A stretch of DNA of 57,992 nucleotides, counting the filler, from Jimgerdemannia flammicorona (lineage: Eukaryota), in NCBI GenBank assembly GCA_003990765.1. It is 3 parts of 3 records of this genome, joined end to end, with 100 filler letters (N's around TTAATTAATTAA, not from the genome) between each part and the next. Parts side by side here need not be neighbours in the genome. Positions count along the whole stretch, not along the records: positions 1 to 19,279 come from RBNJ01001987.1; 2 more parts are not named here. The stretch is one strand, 5' to 3'. The translations under genes were made by a program, and so were the position numbers. Position 1 is the first letter of the stretch. Each line of letters starts with the position of its first letter. A model generated the notes under the pieces. It was given only the letters and a program-made list of their open reading frames with translations, ran no database searches and had not been told where the DNA came from. This document shows positions 1 to 12,499 of the stretch, piece after piece.

Positions 1-175
1 GGGGGGGGGGGGGGGGGTGAGGGAGAGAAAATGAGAGACTGTTAGCGGACTGGCTTACGGTGATTACGGACGATCAAAAAGAATGCATCAGAGCCAAAGT
101 TGTCACCACCCAGAGTATTGTTGGCCCCATGACGGCTAAATAACTGCCGAGGCGAATGATAGATAACCGACTCAC

Positions 176-1130
176 TTTCGTCAATAATGAGTACCTCGGT
201 TTTCTTCCATCTTTCCATCACTTTTTTTTTCTTCCCAACCGCTTTGATGAGGTCATCAATCGAAGCGTCACCCAAGCCGATACCGGCGAAGCTGTGTATC
301 AACGCAGGCACACGCGTCCACGATGATTCATTCCCGATATATTCGGCACTATTCAATTCATCCAAACTTCAATCAGTCTTCATACCTGTGGAGTGTCAAC
401 CCTCCAATATTACACGCAGCTAGCCCAGTCGAGGCGGTGATGCCTACCACTTTAGATTGCAGTTTGAACTGCTCGATGATTTCTAAGGGTCGCAGGGTTG
501 CAAAGGGATTGAGTCTATACATGCAAGTTAAACAGCGTGGGGAACCACCCTGTAATCCAACAAACATCCCATAGAAATTGTAGGCACACCTCTCAACAGA
601 ATTGATTTTCCGGTACCTCAATAAAACAAAGAACCGAATTAGATAATGTTACTAAATGGTGCCAGCCTCTCAATTATTCCGCTCATCGTACATTTCTGGC
701 CATTTTCGACAAGATCGAATAATAGATAAACAAACAAAAAAAAGCTTCTCTCACAAGGCTTACCAGCCGACCCAGTTAAGAACACATTATCCTTCCCCTC
801 CAACACTATTTCCAATGCTTCCTGTTGTTCACGCGATAGCGTAAATGGCTTCAAGCTTCTGCTATCCAGTCTCACACCTTCTTGTCTTGTAAAAGTGACA
901 GGTTTGGAGTAGGTCATGAAAGGGCGAGACCCCCGTGGAGGGTTCGCTTCACGAGGCGACGCGTAGAAAACCAGGGTTGATTTCATTTTGGAGAATGCAC
1001 CCGACTTTGGAGGTGTACGAAGGCAGCAAGGGCTTGCAGAATTTATCAAATATGATGGGTGGAGTAAGTTGATGGCAACACTCCAGGCTGAGTGAGTTGG
1101 CAAGGCCAGCAATGAGCCTTTCATGGTCAT
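176..1130 (-). CDS. PIF1: PIF1/RRM3-family 5'-3' DNA helicase, 5' exons (gene runs off the left edge)
   Basis: Exons ~1130-764, 616-590, 482-386 and 291-176 with GT..AG introns splice to LSREQQEALEIVLEGKDNVFLTGSAG/TGKSILLR/EIIEQF..VGITASTGLAACNIGGLTLH/SFAGIGLG..WKKTEVLIIDE (Walker A, motifs Ia/Ib, Walker B). Start codon uncertain. CpG intact. Confidence 0.9.
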
Positions 1131-1748
1131 GGTTGTGGTTGTGGTTCTGGTACCCACGTGTACTCGGCCATTTTATATGCTAAGCCACGAATATTATCAC
1201 ATGACCCTTTGCCAAGTATATACATACTTCGCTGGATCCATTACCACTTTCACAAATCAAATTAACTAGAAATGTCTTCCGAATCACCAGATGCAAATAA
1301 TTTTGACATACTTTCGATTCCCGCGTGGTGCAATGGTCGTTCGTGATGCGATGGAAAGCAATGAGAATCCGACGTATCGTCGTTCATTCAGTGGGGAGCT
1401 GTGCATTTTTGATGGCTAAACGTACCGATTTTCGTGTGGTAATGAGGAGCATATGTGATGTTTAGAAACCACGCTGAACAAGGAAATCGTCTCCATGGAG
1501 TACCATATCACCAAAATCCCAAAAGTAAACGATGTGCACCTTCCACATGTGCGACACATTGGTATTCACCTATAGAATCCAAAGAAAATGTCCGCTGAGA
1601 CCTCATCAGCCTGCTTAGACAAATCATTTGATACTTGATAATGGGTGGTATTTACAAAAGCACCAAAGAGCTCTCGCAGAGGACTGCATCCATATCAAAA
1701 GTAAAACTAGGAATAGAGAACAGCACAACAATATTATTTTAGAATGCT

Positions 1749-2406
1749 TACGACAATGCCGAGCCGCTGTACAAACCGACGTTGGCGATTTATGAGAAGG
1801 TGTTGGGAAATCTGTCTAAACTCTACTACAGGCAGAACAAATATGACAAGGCGGAGCCACTGTACAAATTGGCGCTGACGATTCATGAGAAGGTGTTTGG
1901 ATCAGAGCACCCAGACACCGAAAACACATCTCTTGGCTCAACATAAGTCAGGACAAATACGACAAGGCGGCGATTCGCGATGGGATCAGAGCCCACACAT
2001 CTCTGAATACAACAAGGCGGATCCGTTGTTCAAACGGACTGTCAATTCGTGAGAAGGTACCACCCAAAGACGGCAGAATCTCTGAAAATTTGGCTTGGCC
2101 TTATGTGTTCGAACGGGCATTGGCAATTCGCGGGGATCAGAAAACCCAGAGACGGCAGAATCTCTGAGCGATCTGGCTTGGCTCTACAAAGCCATGGCAA
2201 TACGACAAGGCGGAGCCGCTGTTCGAACGGGCGAGAAAGTATTACCAAGGGATTACAGAACCTCTGAGATATTTAGCTCTCTAGAACCTCTAGAGTTAAT
2301 ACGCAACCGCTGGATCTACAACAGCCAGAGTAAATATGTTAAGGCGGCAGCGCTGTGTCAGTCAGGATGCACGATGGCCCTGATGCAGAAATTTCTGGAT
2401 GCATAG
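1749..2406 (+). pseudogene. Fragmented TPR-repeat gene (kinesin-light-chain-like TPRs, as in fungal NLR C-termini)
   Basis: Repeated units YDNAEPLYKPTLAIYEKVLG, YDKAEPLYKLALTIHEKVFGSEHPDT and GSENPETAESLSDLAWLY, broken by deletions and frameshifts. Confidence 0.75.
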
Positions 2407-2799
2407 AGGTGTAGATATTAATGTTTTCAATATATGTGTTTCCAAATTCAGCTTATCTATAGATGTATCTTAATTCTCTTTTATTATTATAAATAATAAT
2501 ATATTTACTACTAATGTTAATTTACTTATAGTAAGTTAGAGAATTGATACTGAATGATAGATAAAGAATAATAGATAATGCCAAAATATAGAAGTATAAT
2601 AATATCTTCTTATTTTTCTTCTTTATATTATACTTCTTCTTAATAATTTTCTTTCTAGACTTTTATAGAAACTTACTGATATTTATATCTAATAGTATGA
2701 GATTATTGATAATTTTATATAAATTATTATTGAGATTAGATTAGATTAATTATTATTAAATAATGTAATATAGTGGATATATACTAATAGAAGTATAGT

Positions 2800-3700
2800 A
2801 TATTTCTTTATCTTAAATACTTAATCTTCTTTAACTCTTTAGAGTCCTTAAGTATAGAGATATATGAGTTTGAAGTATATCTGCCTGCAGACTTACTAGT
2901 TCCTTGTCTCTTTGTTTGAACTATTTTAATCTGAGATTTATTTACTTTAAATATTAAAGATATATATATAAGTTTACTAACTATATGATAGCTAAGTTAG
3001 GACTTTTTTTTCTATAAATTATTTTATATAGTTATAAGATCCATACATCTATATGATCTGTACAATTATAAATTTTATATAGTTGTACTTTTTATATAAT
3101 TATACAAATTATACAATTATGAGATTAAGTAACTATTAACTATAATACTATACTATATTGAGAATCAGATTCGGATACTATAATTAAATATCTATTTCCT
3201 AATTATTATTCCTAACTTAGATCAACTATCACAACTTTCTCTTAAATAAGTGATTTCATCTCTAAATCATTTTATTTAAACTTTTATACTTCAATTAATT
3301 ATATATTTTTATACTATATAATTTGCTTGATTATATTTTCCCAATAATATATCTTTACTTAATAGAAATCTCCTAGAACTATTTCTCAAAAATGAGTCAG
3401 AGCTTACTCATCATTCTTAAATAGTTTGAAAACCTACTTAGTAATTATAATCTGGATATAAAATATTTAATACTCAGTATTTTACTCTTCTTTGATCATA
3501 TCCTTCTTTTTATTTATATAGTAATTATCTGAACTTAAAGTACTCTTGAAACTCAGCATAATATTGATAAGTTCTAAAGTATAATATATATATATAAAGA
3601 TATATCTATAAAATACTTTAAATATTATCAAAGAATTTCTCTATAGCTGGTGACTTGGTAGAATACTATTGTCTTTCTATAGCTTACTAAATAGTATTTG
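2800..3700 (-). mobile_element. Extremely degraded, possibly gag-like retroelement remnant
   Basis: Very AT-rich and CpG-free, with only a weak gag-like residue pattern on the minus strand. Confidence 0.25.
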
Positions 3701-4146
3701 AGAACTACAATAGTATTTCATTAGTTAGCTATAGTACTTCTTGAGTCAGTTTTGATAGAGAGTAGTGGAGATAATTATATTTAATAGTTTTTATAACCAA
3801 AAGATAGTTCTTTTTATGATAAAATCCTTCTTACTTAAATATCAGTTTTTGTAATTATGAAGTATCTATTATATTTTAATATATCAGAACTTTATCTCCT
3901 ATCTTAATAATCTTCAAAGATTTATAGATCTTTTTTATATTATTCTATTATAATTTCTATATCTTGATTATATAATTTTCTATTTTCTTTTTTATTTAGT
4001 ACAATCTCTATATCTTAGTATATATATATTTCTATACTATATCTCTATTGAATAATAGGATTTCTTTAGAACTTCTTCTCTAAACAGTAATTTCTGAGAA
4101 ATAAAGTAGGTACTTTATAATCATATATCTTAAAGAGTAAATAATA

Positions 4147-4150
<4 letters not shown>

Positions 4151-4204
<54 letters not shown>

Positions 4205-6112
4205 GTATTAGGCCTTATTATTAACTAATTTATAATAAACACATAGTTCTCATACCACACCAGTAGTCTCAATCTACTCCACTCCACCTTACCTTACTCT
4301 AATATACTCTCTTCTCTCTCATCCTTATTCTCTCAAAAATAACTATATTATTAACTACTATAATTCACTCACTATACTTCTCATATATCCCCTCTATTAG
4401 ATACTAATGATGACCTCTCTGAGGACCCCACTCTCTCTATTAGCTAGACAGAATATCTACTATCAGTCTATCCTATCTTATTATCTTTTTTCTCAAGACT
4501 ATCTGTCTCTTATCTTCAAATATATATAATGTAACAGTGACCCCAGAATGATGACATCAGTACAGGAGATAGTCTTTCCTTACAAGCCACCAGATCAGAG
4601 CACAAGAAGATCATATGGCATATGAGATAAGCAATGATGACCAATTATGAGTTATTGTGACCACAGTATAAGCATCCTGAGGAATATAAAAGAAGGATAA
4701 AAAAACCATAGTAATAGCAATCAACAAGACCCACCAATCTCAAAATAGCTCAAAGACTCACTACAAACAAAATACCTGCTGTCCACCAAACCTCAAGGTC
4801 AAGGAACCACCAAGGCACCTTGGTTGAAGAAAGAATATTCTAAGACATCAGAAGAGCCATGAGGACCCACTCAAGAAGGACTCCTAGTATCAACCTGAGT
4901 ACTGGTGATCCTTATCACTATATCCTCTACTACTGTGAAATGGAAACTAGGATCACCATTGCTACTGAATGCCTCCAAATGTGGTAGGAATATGAAATAG
5001 GAAATCTCCTCTGCTGGGAGTTCCCACAGGCCAGCACTCAAGAGCTATAAGATGCCACTCCCATGGATATATATGAAACAAAGATAGCTAAGAAGATCTA
5101 TCAGATCTTCAGGCATGCACCATGGTCAATTCCCAACTTGGAGTATGTTAGAGTCTCAGATTTCAGAGATCTGTCATCTCACCATATCAATGCACTAAAA
5201 GCCAGGGTGGCTATAGAAGCCCAGTCCACTATCACCCTCAATAGTGAGGAAGTAGAAGACTTCTGGCACCTCATCCTCTAAGACAACCCAGACCAATTCC
5301 TGCAAGGATTGATCTCAATATTCCAAGGCCCAAGTATCTAGGTTAGACTTTCTCAAGACCCCACATTTGTTCCCTATTTTGTGAAAGAGAACCTCATAAA
5401 CTGGAGAGCTCCAGATCTCCTTGTTCCTGATTTCCCCACCACTGAACATGATGATGTCATTGGTGATGATATTATTCCATATGATATGTATCAAAGCATG
5501 CGAAATGCATGACCTATGTGACCTTGACAAAACATTCACGGACCTCATCTCCTTCGAAGACATCCTGACCTCTGATGATAAGGATGAAGCTCCCATGATC
5601 CTGAACATTCTTCTCTAAGTCTCTTGGTTATACTAAATAATATCAGCACTAGCATTCTGAGATAATACTGAATAATGCCAGCACCAGTATTCTGATGTGA
5701 TACCGAATTATACCAGTATCTTGAACCTATACAACCACCAGTGCCGACCCTGGAACTTAGCAGTTTTTTCTGTTCTGGTATTTTATTTTAGTTATTGAAA
5801 TTTATATTTAACTTTATATCTTAGCAATCATTGAATTATATTTTGTATAAATACCCCTCTTATTTCCTCTGAAATAAAGTCAGTTCCTCTTAGTACAATA
5901 CACACACTTCCTTGCAAGCAATCTAAGAGATAATAAGACAGTTTAAAGATAAGAAGTTTGAGGACTATAAGACCTTAGGAAGGCATCCCAATAAGAACTT
6001 GCTTATAACAAACTTGAGTTAGTCTAAGAGATACACCTTGAAGAGAATCTGGTATATTTGAAGGACTCAGTGACTACTACGTAACAATAACTAGTATCCA
6101 GCCAACTCTATA
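4151..6112 (-). mobile_element. 5'-truncated LINE 3' end (old), interrupted by a solo LTR
   Basis: Poly-T 4150-4200. TSD agtaaataatac(c/t)at at 4136-4150 and 6113-6127. Residual similarity to other LINE 3' ends. Confidence 0.7.
4530..6086 (+). mobile_element. Long solo LTR (~1.56 kb) with internal ORF remnant
   Basis: TGTAAC...TAACA ends. 4-bp TSD ataa (4526-4529 / 6087-6090). TATA-like tataaatacccc ~5847 and aataaa ~5873. Second partial copy at 17287-18047. Confidence 0.8.
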
Positions 6113-6650
6113 AGTAAATAATACTATTAGCAGATAGTGATTCTAATTTCTATTATTATTACAGATCCTAACAATAATATTCTTAAGAGTCTTATTAGTC
6201 TTTTTTGTCTATCTATTTTCCTACAGATAATAAGCTATAGTTTAAATATACTAAATCTTATATTTCATATAGAAAACCTCAAAGAGTTGGTTTATAAATT
6301 CTATTTCTCTATAAAGGAAATCAGTAATTAATTATATATTGACTTCTTTGAGGGATCCAGCTTCTATCTATTTATAAAGAGGTCTATAATGATAAAAACA
6401 TATTAGTTATCAGTTAATATTAGTGATAAAGAGTTAGTTATATCTATTGTAATATAGATAAATAGTATTAGTTCTATATCTACTAATCTCAATATCTAAT
6501 TTTATTGATCTTACTTCTATTTTGAGTATTTGTTATCAGTCTTAACAAATTATCTAATATCTTCCTCTATTCTAAACTACTATATTGTTCTTCTTACTTT
6601 ATTATAGGTATTTATTTCTCTTAGATAGCTAAGTTCATATACTGACTTTA

Positions 6651-7264
6651 TTTTTTTTTTTTTTTATAGTCACTTGGACTCCGCCTTTATTACCAGTCTA
6701 TGAATAAATATACATCATTCTGACCCACTATCCAATCCCCACTGGGGGGCCCCTCCCTACTTTCTCACGAATGAAGATCACCCTTTCACCCACTACCCCC
6801 ACTCTCCCCCCACTTTGTCCACAGATTTTCTCCACCAAGCGGCACCTCCGACCACCCCGCATTCCCCAACCCAGCCACCAGCCGGTTAAGGTATCTTCCA
6901 TAAGCCTATGCCATCACAGCAGCCGGTCTCCCAAGCTCTGCTGCCGCCCACCCTCAAAAACAAACAGCCAATGACTGGCCAACCCCACCCAAATTGCCAA
7001 AGCCCAACCTAAAGTAAGACACTCCTTCCCTACCCCCCCTACCAATCTAACCTGCAAGTCCTCCCATCACCCCTGTACTTCATCACTCCTACCCCATACC
7101 CCTAAGCGATCCCCAATTGTCTGCCAAAAATCCCCCAACACCTCACACTCTCCTAGCCAATGTTCTGGCGTCTGTACATAACCCCCCTCCTGCCCCACAT
7201 TAAGGCATTCCTCACAGTCGAAACAGCCCCCTACAACCAGGTGCCCTGAGCGAAAATTGAGCAT
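6651..7264 (-). mobile_element. 5'-truncated, relatively young LINE insertion
   Basis: Poly-T followed by the family tail tagtcacttggactc. TSD atatactgacttta at 6637-6650 and 7265-7278. Encodes the ORF2 C-terminal CFDC..TPEHWLGEC. Several CpGs retained. Confidence 0.9.
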
Positions 7265-7810
7265 ATATACTGACTTTATTACTTATTCCTTCTTATGTTC
7301 TAATATAACTAGTAGTTTTTCTTTTTTTAGTATTTTTCTATCAGTTTTGAATTGTTTTCAGATTCTGTTGATAATTATTTATATATATCTATTCTTCTAA
7401 AATTGAGATATCTTTCACTGTTTCAGATAGGTGATAATTCTATAGTAGAGTTTCTTATTCATTTTGGTTTTACTGATTATAGGTTCTTTAGAGTATCTAT
7501 AAGAGTATAAATATCTATATTAGTATTAGTTCTTTCTGAGTAGTATATAATAGTTACATCAGGCTTATAGCTTTATAATCTATCTGGTAAATATTTCTTT
7601 AAGTTTCCTTATAGTTAATAGCTAGATAAGAGTAGAATAATTAGTCAGAATGATGAAATATCTTGTGAGATAGTAGTAGAACTTTTCTATAGCCTAGATA
7701 ACTGTAAGGTACTCTAACTTATAGAATTTATATTCATTTTCTTCTTTATAGATTTCTTAGCTAAGATATATAATCATATATTTAACTTTATCTTTCTTTT
7801 GTATAAAGAC

Positions 7811-8275
7811 TGTAACAGTTCTAGTTTCTTTAAGAGGAAGTGGCTAAATCTGGAAGTTCTAGTTGGCCTAAAGTAGCTTAAAGAGATACTTAAAGGTTCA
7901 AGTATTCTTGAAGGATTTCTAGAAGAAAAATATTCTGAGCTTTATTCAGGTAGAAAATAAGAATATTTATACATGATCTGAAAGAAATATCCAGAAGAAT
8001 CTTGGAAAGAAAGAGAAATACCAAGAAATAGGTTCTTGGCAAAGATGACTAATATGGTTCTATAATGTTCCAAAAGATTCTATAACTAGCTAAGACAAGA
8101 TGCTTAGTACTAAAGAAAGACAAGAATGTTCTAGTAGTGTCTGGACACCAAGAGAAGGTTTCTAAGCAAGTAAAAGATGGTAGAATATAGTAGAATGTTC
8201 AAGAAATAACAAGAAAAGACTAACTAAAAGATGCAAGAATATACTAAGACTAAATATAGCTGTGAAATTGTTACA
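7811..8275. mobile_element. Solo LTR (465 bp)
   Basis: Terminal inverted repeat tgtaaca...tgttaca. 5-bp TSD aagac/aaaac. Removing it restores the host RNase H reading frame. Confidence 0.75.
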
Positions 8276-8743
8276 AAAACAGTTTTTAGTTTAATTGAGC
8301 TTATATCTATCTATAGAATGAATTCTTAAGATCAGTTAGATCTTCTCAGAATAGATGTCTGAATTAATCGGATCTTGAGATATTTAAAAGCTTGTTACTA
8401 TTTATCAGTTTATTAAAACTTAGTATTCTATTTAAATAGTTTATAGATAGGGTTTACAATATTGAAAAATTCTTAATAAATCTTCCATAATAAGTCTCAT
8501 GAAGGCTTAGACTTTAGTAACTATAGTAGATCTTAGATAGACTACCACTACTTGAAACTTAATAGAGTCTATATAAGTTTCAGTCTAATTAATAATATAT
8601 CCAAGATAGAAGATCTTAATTTTTACTAACTTATACTTCTTTAACTTAATGAATAGACCATGCTCTCTAAATTTCTATAAGATTTAGTAGATATAGTTCA
8701 GATGTTTCTCAGTTGTCTTGCTGAAGATAATCATATTATCTAT

Positions 8744-9192
8744 TGTGACAGTCAATCTGAATTAGTAATATGAATCAGAGAAATTAGACATTTGATTACA
8801 GTACTTCAACCCAATTCCTAAATATAGCTTAGTCTTAAAGATAGCAGTCATATTTCACTATTGGCAAAAACTTTACCATTGGTGAAATTTTAGAAGATGG
8901 CGAAATCTTTGCAGATGGTAAAAGATTCAACACTAGTAGAAAATGACTTATTACTTAGCTATCTTATAGCTAGCAAACTTGTATAAATAACCCAGTATCT
9001 TAGAGTGAATAAACCTCAGATCAAAATAGTTCAAAGCAAAGAGAAAGCAAAGGAACTAGTAAGTCTGCAGGCAGATATATTTTAAACTCACCCACTCCTG
9101 CATCTTGAGGACTCTGCTGAGTCAAAAAAGATCAAGTTTTCAAGATACAGAAATCTGACATACTTCTAAGGTTAAGCATCTGCTACATAATA
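8744..9192 (+). repeat. 5' LTR
   Basis: Direct repeat of 15491-15939, starting TGTGA. Confidence 0.92.
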
Positions 9193-9229
9193 ACTTAGTG
9201 CCCATTGGCTGGTGATTCAAGATAAATTC

Positions 9230-11600
9230 CTCACTTTCAAGCTGAACAATAAACAACTGCTACCACTTGAACTACCACACAAACTGAGGCAAGATACTCA
9301 GACAAAATGGATATGAGACCACCAGTATTCCATAGATATACTTCAGATAAATCAATCATCACTTTCATTGATGACTTTGAGTAGTATGCCACAGTAAGAA
9401 CCCTGATAGCAGTACAGCAAGTGGCCCTCATACTCTTCAGCCTACAAGATCTTGCAAGAGCAGCATTCATAGCCACAACTCATGCAGGAAATGATGCTGA
9501 TACTATACTGATAGCACAGAACACCTGGCTCTGAAACACCTACTACACAGATGAGATCAAGCAAGCCCTGAAGGATCAGCTCAATACAATATGCCAAGGA
9601 ATAAGTGAAGATCCAAACACATTCTATACCAGAATCTGATATCAGATAATCCCTGCAGATTATGCTGATACTATCTGAGATCAAGTAGCTGAAGCAACCT
9701 TCATGAAAGGAGTCCACCCAGAGATAGCTATAGCTAGTGCTCCAAACGAGTCAATCCGGATGGGATTCGGATGGGATTCGAATCAACGATTGTTTTGATT
9801 TCCAAATTAGACAATTAAATGTTTACATCAATAACTCGATGAATAATCATCCACATTTGATGATCTTGGTGTCATTTGAAGGCCCTTAATAAGGCCTTTC
9901 TAATGATACCAAGTACATTAAAATCGGATCACACGTTGCCGAGATATTAAGGAAACCGTTCTATTTGACGAAATTTCCAAAATCGGCAAATCGAACAATT
10001 TCCAAAATCGGCGATTCAGACGTTTTCCTTCATATCTCAGCAACGCATGATCCGATTTCAATGTTTTTGGTATAATTAGATAGGCCTTATTAAGGGCTTT
10101 CAAATGACACCAAGATCATCAAATTTAGATAATTATTCATTGAGTTATTGATGTAAATATTTAATTGTCTAATTTTGGAAATCAAAACAATGGTTGATTC
10201 GAATCCATCCGGATGGGATTCAATCCGAATCAATCCAAATCCAATCTGGATTAAATTGACTTGTTAGGAGCACTAACTATAGCCATTTACTCATTATCAG
10301 TAGTTCTGAATCTACTACAAAAAGTCACCTATGCTTAGCAATATTGGATAGTCTGACACCCACAAGACCACACAATTAAAAGAGTCACTGGAGTCAGAAT
10401 TGAAGCACCCAAGGCAACCAGTGTGATCTCTATCACAATGATCAATCAAAACACACCTCAGCCAAGAGCTACAAAGTAGCAGAGAAACAGTGACCCTATG
10501 GAGGAGCTTATCAAACAGTTCACCAAAATGACTGCCCACCTAGGAGATGTAGTAAAGGAAATCAGAGGGAGAGACTGCTGCCCAGTTCAGAAGTTTGCCA
10601 TCACCACAGACAAGAAGAAAGGTATCTGCTATAGCTGTGGAGAGGAAGACCACTACTCTTATGAATATATGAGTGAAACCAAGCACAAGGCCCAGCCAAA
10701 CAATGTTACTAGAAATAAGGAATAGGCCAAACATTATTATATTCAAGGAAATTAGAGAATTAGATGAAGAATGAAAGGTCTATTCTGTACAGACTACTAA
10801 AAAGGATGTTTATAAGAAACCTTATATGTAAGAGGCCACTAGGAAGACCTAAAAAGAATCTGGTAGAAAAACAAATAGAGATAGCTACAGAAAGCCAAGC
10901 TGAAGAAATGAATCAAGATATGGAGCTTGAGCAGGCAGTTCAGGATATCATTTGAGAAATCACTCCAGCCAGTGAAGGAGAAAAGGAGAAGAAGCTCTAC
11001 AAGACTAAGACTTTCAAGTATGATATCTTTAAAGACCTTAGCCAATAAAAGGTCAATGCAACCTTTGGTCAGCTCATAGAAATTCCCACCTTCAGACAGC
11101 AAATGAGATTTACACTGGCAGAAACAACCAAGAAGTAAGGTTGGAAGATAACTGAGGCCAACAATATTCAAGAAGACTCTGGAGAAGAAAGTGAAGACAA
11201 CTGCAAGACTTCTGCCTATGCAACCTGCAAAATTGAAGACAGAATCTTTGAGGCCATCATTGATACTGGAGCAGGAGATGTCTCCTCAGCAAAAAAGCAG
11301 CAGACTGTCTAAGTTGAGAAGTTGAAGAAGTAATCAAGTTGGTGTTCATTACAGCAGATGGTACAAGAGCCACACCTCTGGGAAAAATTCAAGATATTCC
11401 CATCAAGTTTGGAGGAGCAACTATTCCAGTAAATGTAATTGTAATTAATGCAACTAATTATAACATCCTCATTGGCAATCAATGGCTTTATAAAGTCAGA
11501 GTAATAATTGACCTCAATGTACAGAAGATGCAGATCATCTACCGAGGACAGAAAATATGAATTCCCATCAATGTCAACAAAGGAGTACTCTTTGAAATAA
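9230..11600 (+). pseudogene. Gypsy gag (CCHC zinc knuckle) and aspartic protease
   Basis: PPVFH..FIDDFE near 9320-9380, GICYSCGEEDHYSYE at 10621, AIIDTGAG ~11255 and ILIGNQWL ~11465. Many TAG/TGA stops. Interrupted by a MITE. Confidence 0.85.
9735..10275. mobile_element. hAT-type MITE / fold-back element
   Basis: TIR TAGTGCTCC...GGAGCACTA, long inverted arms (~9780-9900 vs ~10080-10205) and 8-bp TSD gctatagc/actatagc. Confidence 0.92.
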
Positions 11601-11911
11601 AGGAACAAGAGAGTGAATAAGAAGAAGCCTACATGGTGACCACTCAGAAAAAGAAGAAGAAAGTTAGATGGATGAGTGAAGAGAAATGGTGCAAGAAGAT
11701 TGCAGAAGAATATATACCACAAGGAGTCTGCCCTCACAGAATCAAGATGTACTGTATGGAGCATGTCAATGATTACTACCAGTGCACTAGCAGAATCAAG
11801 AACATCTACCATAAAAGAAAACAGAAGGCTCTTGAGGAACAAATTAAAGATGAAGAGGAGGAAAAAGATGATAAACTACCAGTCCTCCTGGAGGATAGTG
11901 ATGATGAAGAA

Positions 11912-12330
11912 GAAATCAAGGTCAAGATCCAGAAGATTCACTCTAATACAGTTCTACCAGAATATAAGTCAGAAAATGCAGCTGGAATGGACATCACCAT
12001 TATAGAAGAAACTGTACTGGAGCCCCAAACAACTACCTTGCTTACAACTGATTTGGAATGACCATATCAAAAGACCATATCAGAATCCTCAAGACAAGAA
12101 GCAGCCTGGCTAAAAGCAAAATTATCATTGAAGGAGGAGTCATTGACTCAGACTATACTGGAGAAATCCTACTCATTGTCAGGAATTACAATCCTACAAT
12201 CCTATTCCCAATCAAGAAGAAGAACCAATTAGTGCAGATGTTGATCTTTCTGATTCTACAACCAAAGATCATGGAAGTTAAGAAGCTAGAGAAAACAAGA
12301 AGAGGAAGAAAAGGATTTGGATCTACTGGA
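11912..12330 (+). pseudogene. Retrotransposon-encoded dUTPase domain (between PR and RT)
   Basis: Motifs AAGMDI, RSSLA, GGVIDSDYTGEI, LVQML and RRGRKGFGSTG. Confidence 0.92.
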
Positions 12331-12499
12331 AGAAGAGTATTCACTAGTACCAAGATCACCAAACTAGACCACAAGAAGGAGGAAACTACAGATAAGTATA
12401 GCTATACTATTGGAAATAAGTTTCTACTCAAAAAGGAACTCAAGAAGATACTCTATGAATTTGAGGATATCCTTACCACAGACTTCAAGAATATCAAAG

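Noticed and set aside
1..18. G18 run in the PIF1 intron (possible G-quadruplex autoregulation)
   Set aside because: A homopolymer at the window edge that serves as the sense-strand pyrimidine tract and could be a sequencing artefact. No supporting evidence.
176..1130. PIF1 as part of a Helitron
   Set aside because: No Rep/HUH domain is visible upstream. The gene is intron-rich and unmutated, unlike the TEs here, so it is most simply a host gene.
9918..10103. 61-aa ORF inside the MITE
   Set aside because: Starts at a non-ATG codon within an inverted arm and has no recognisable motifs.
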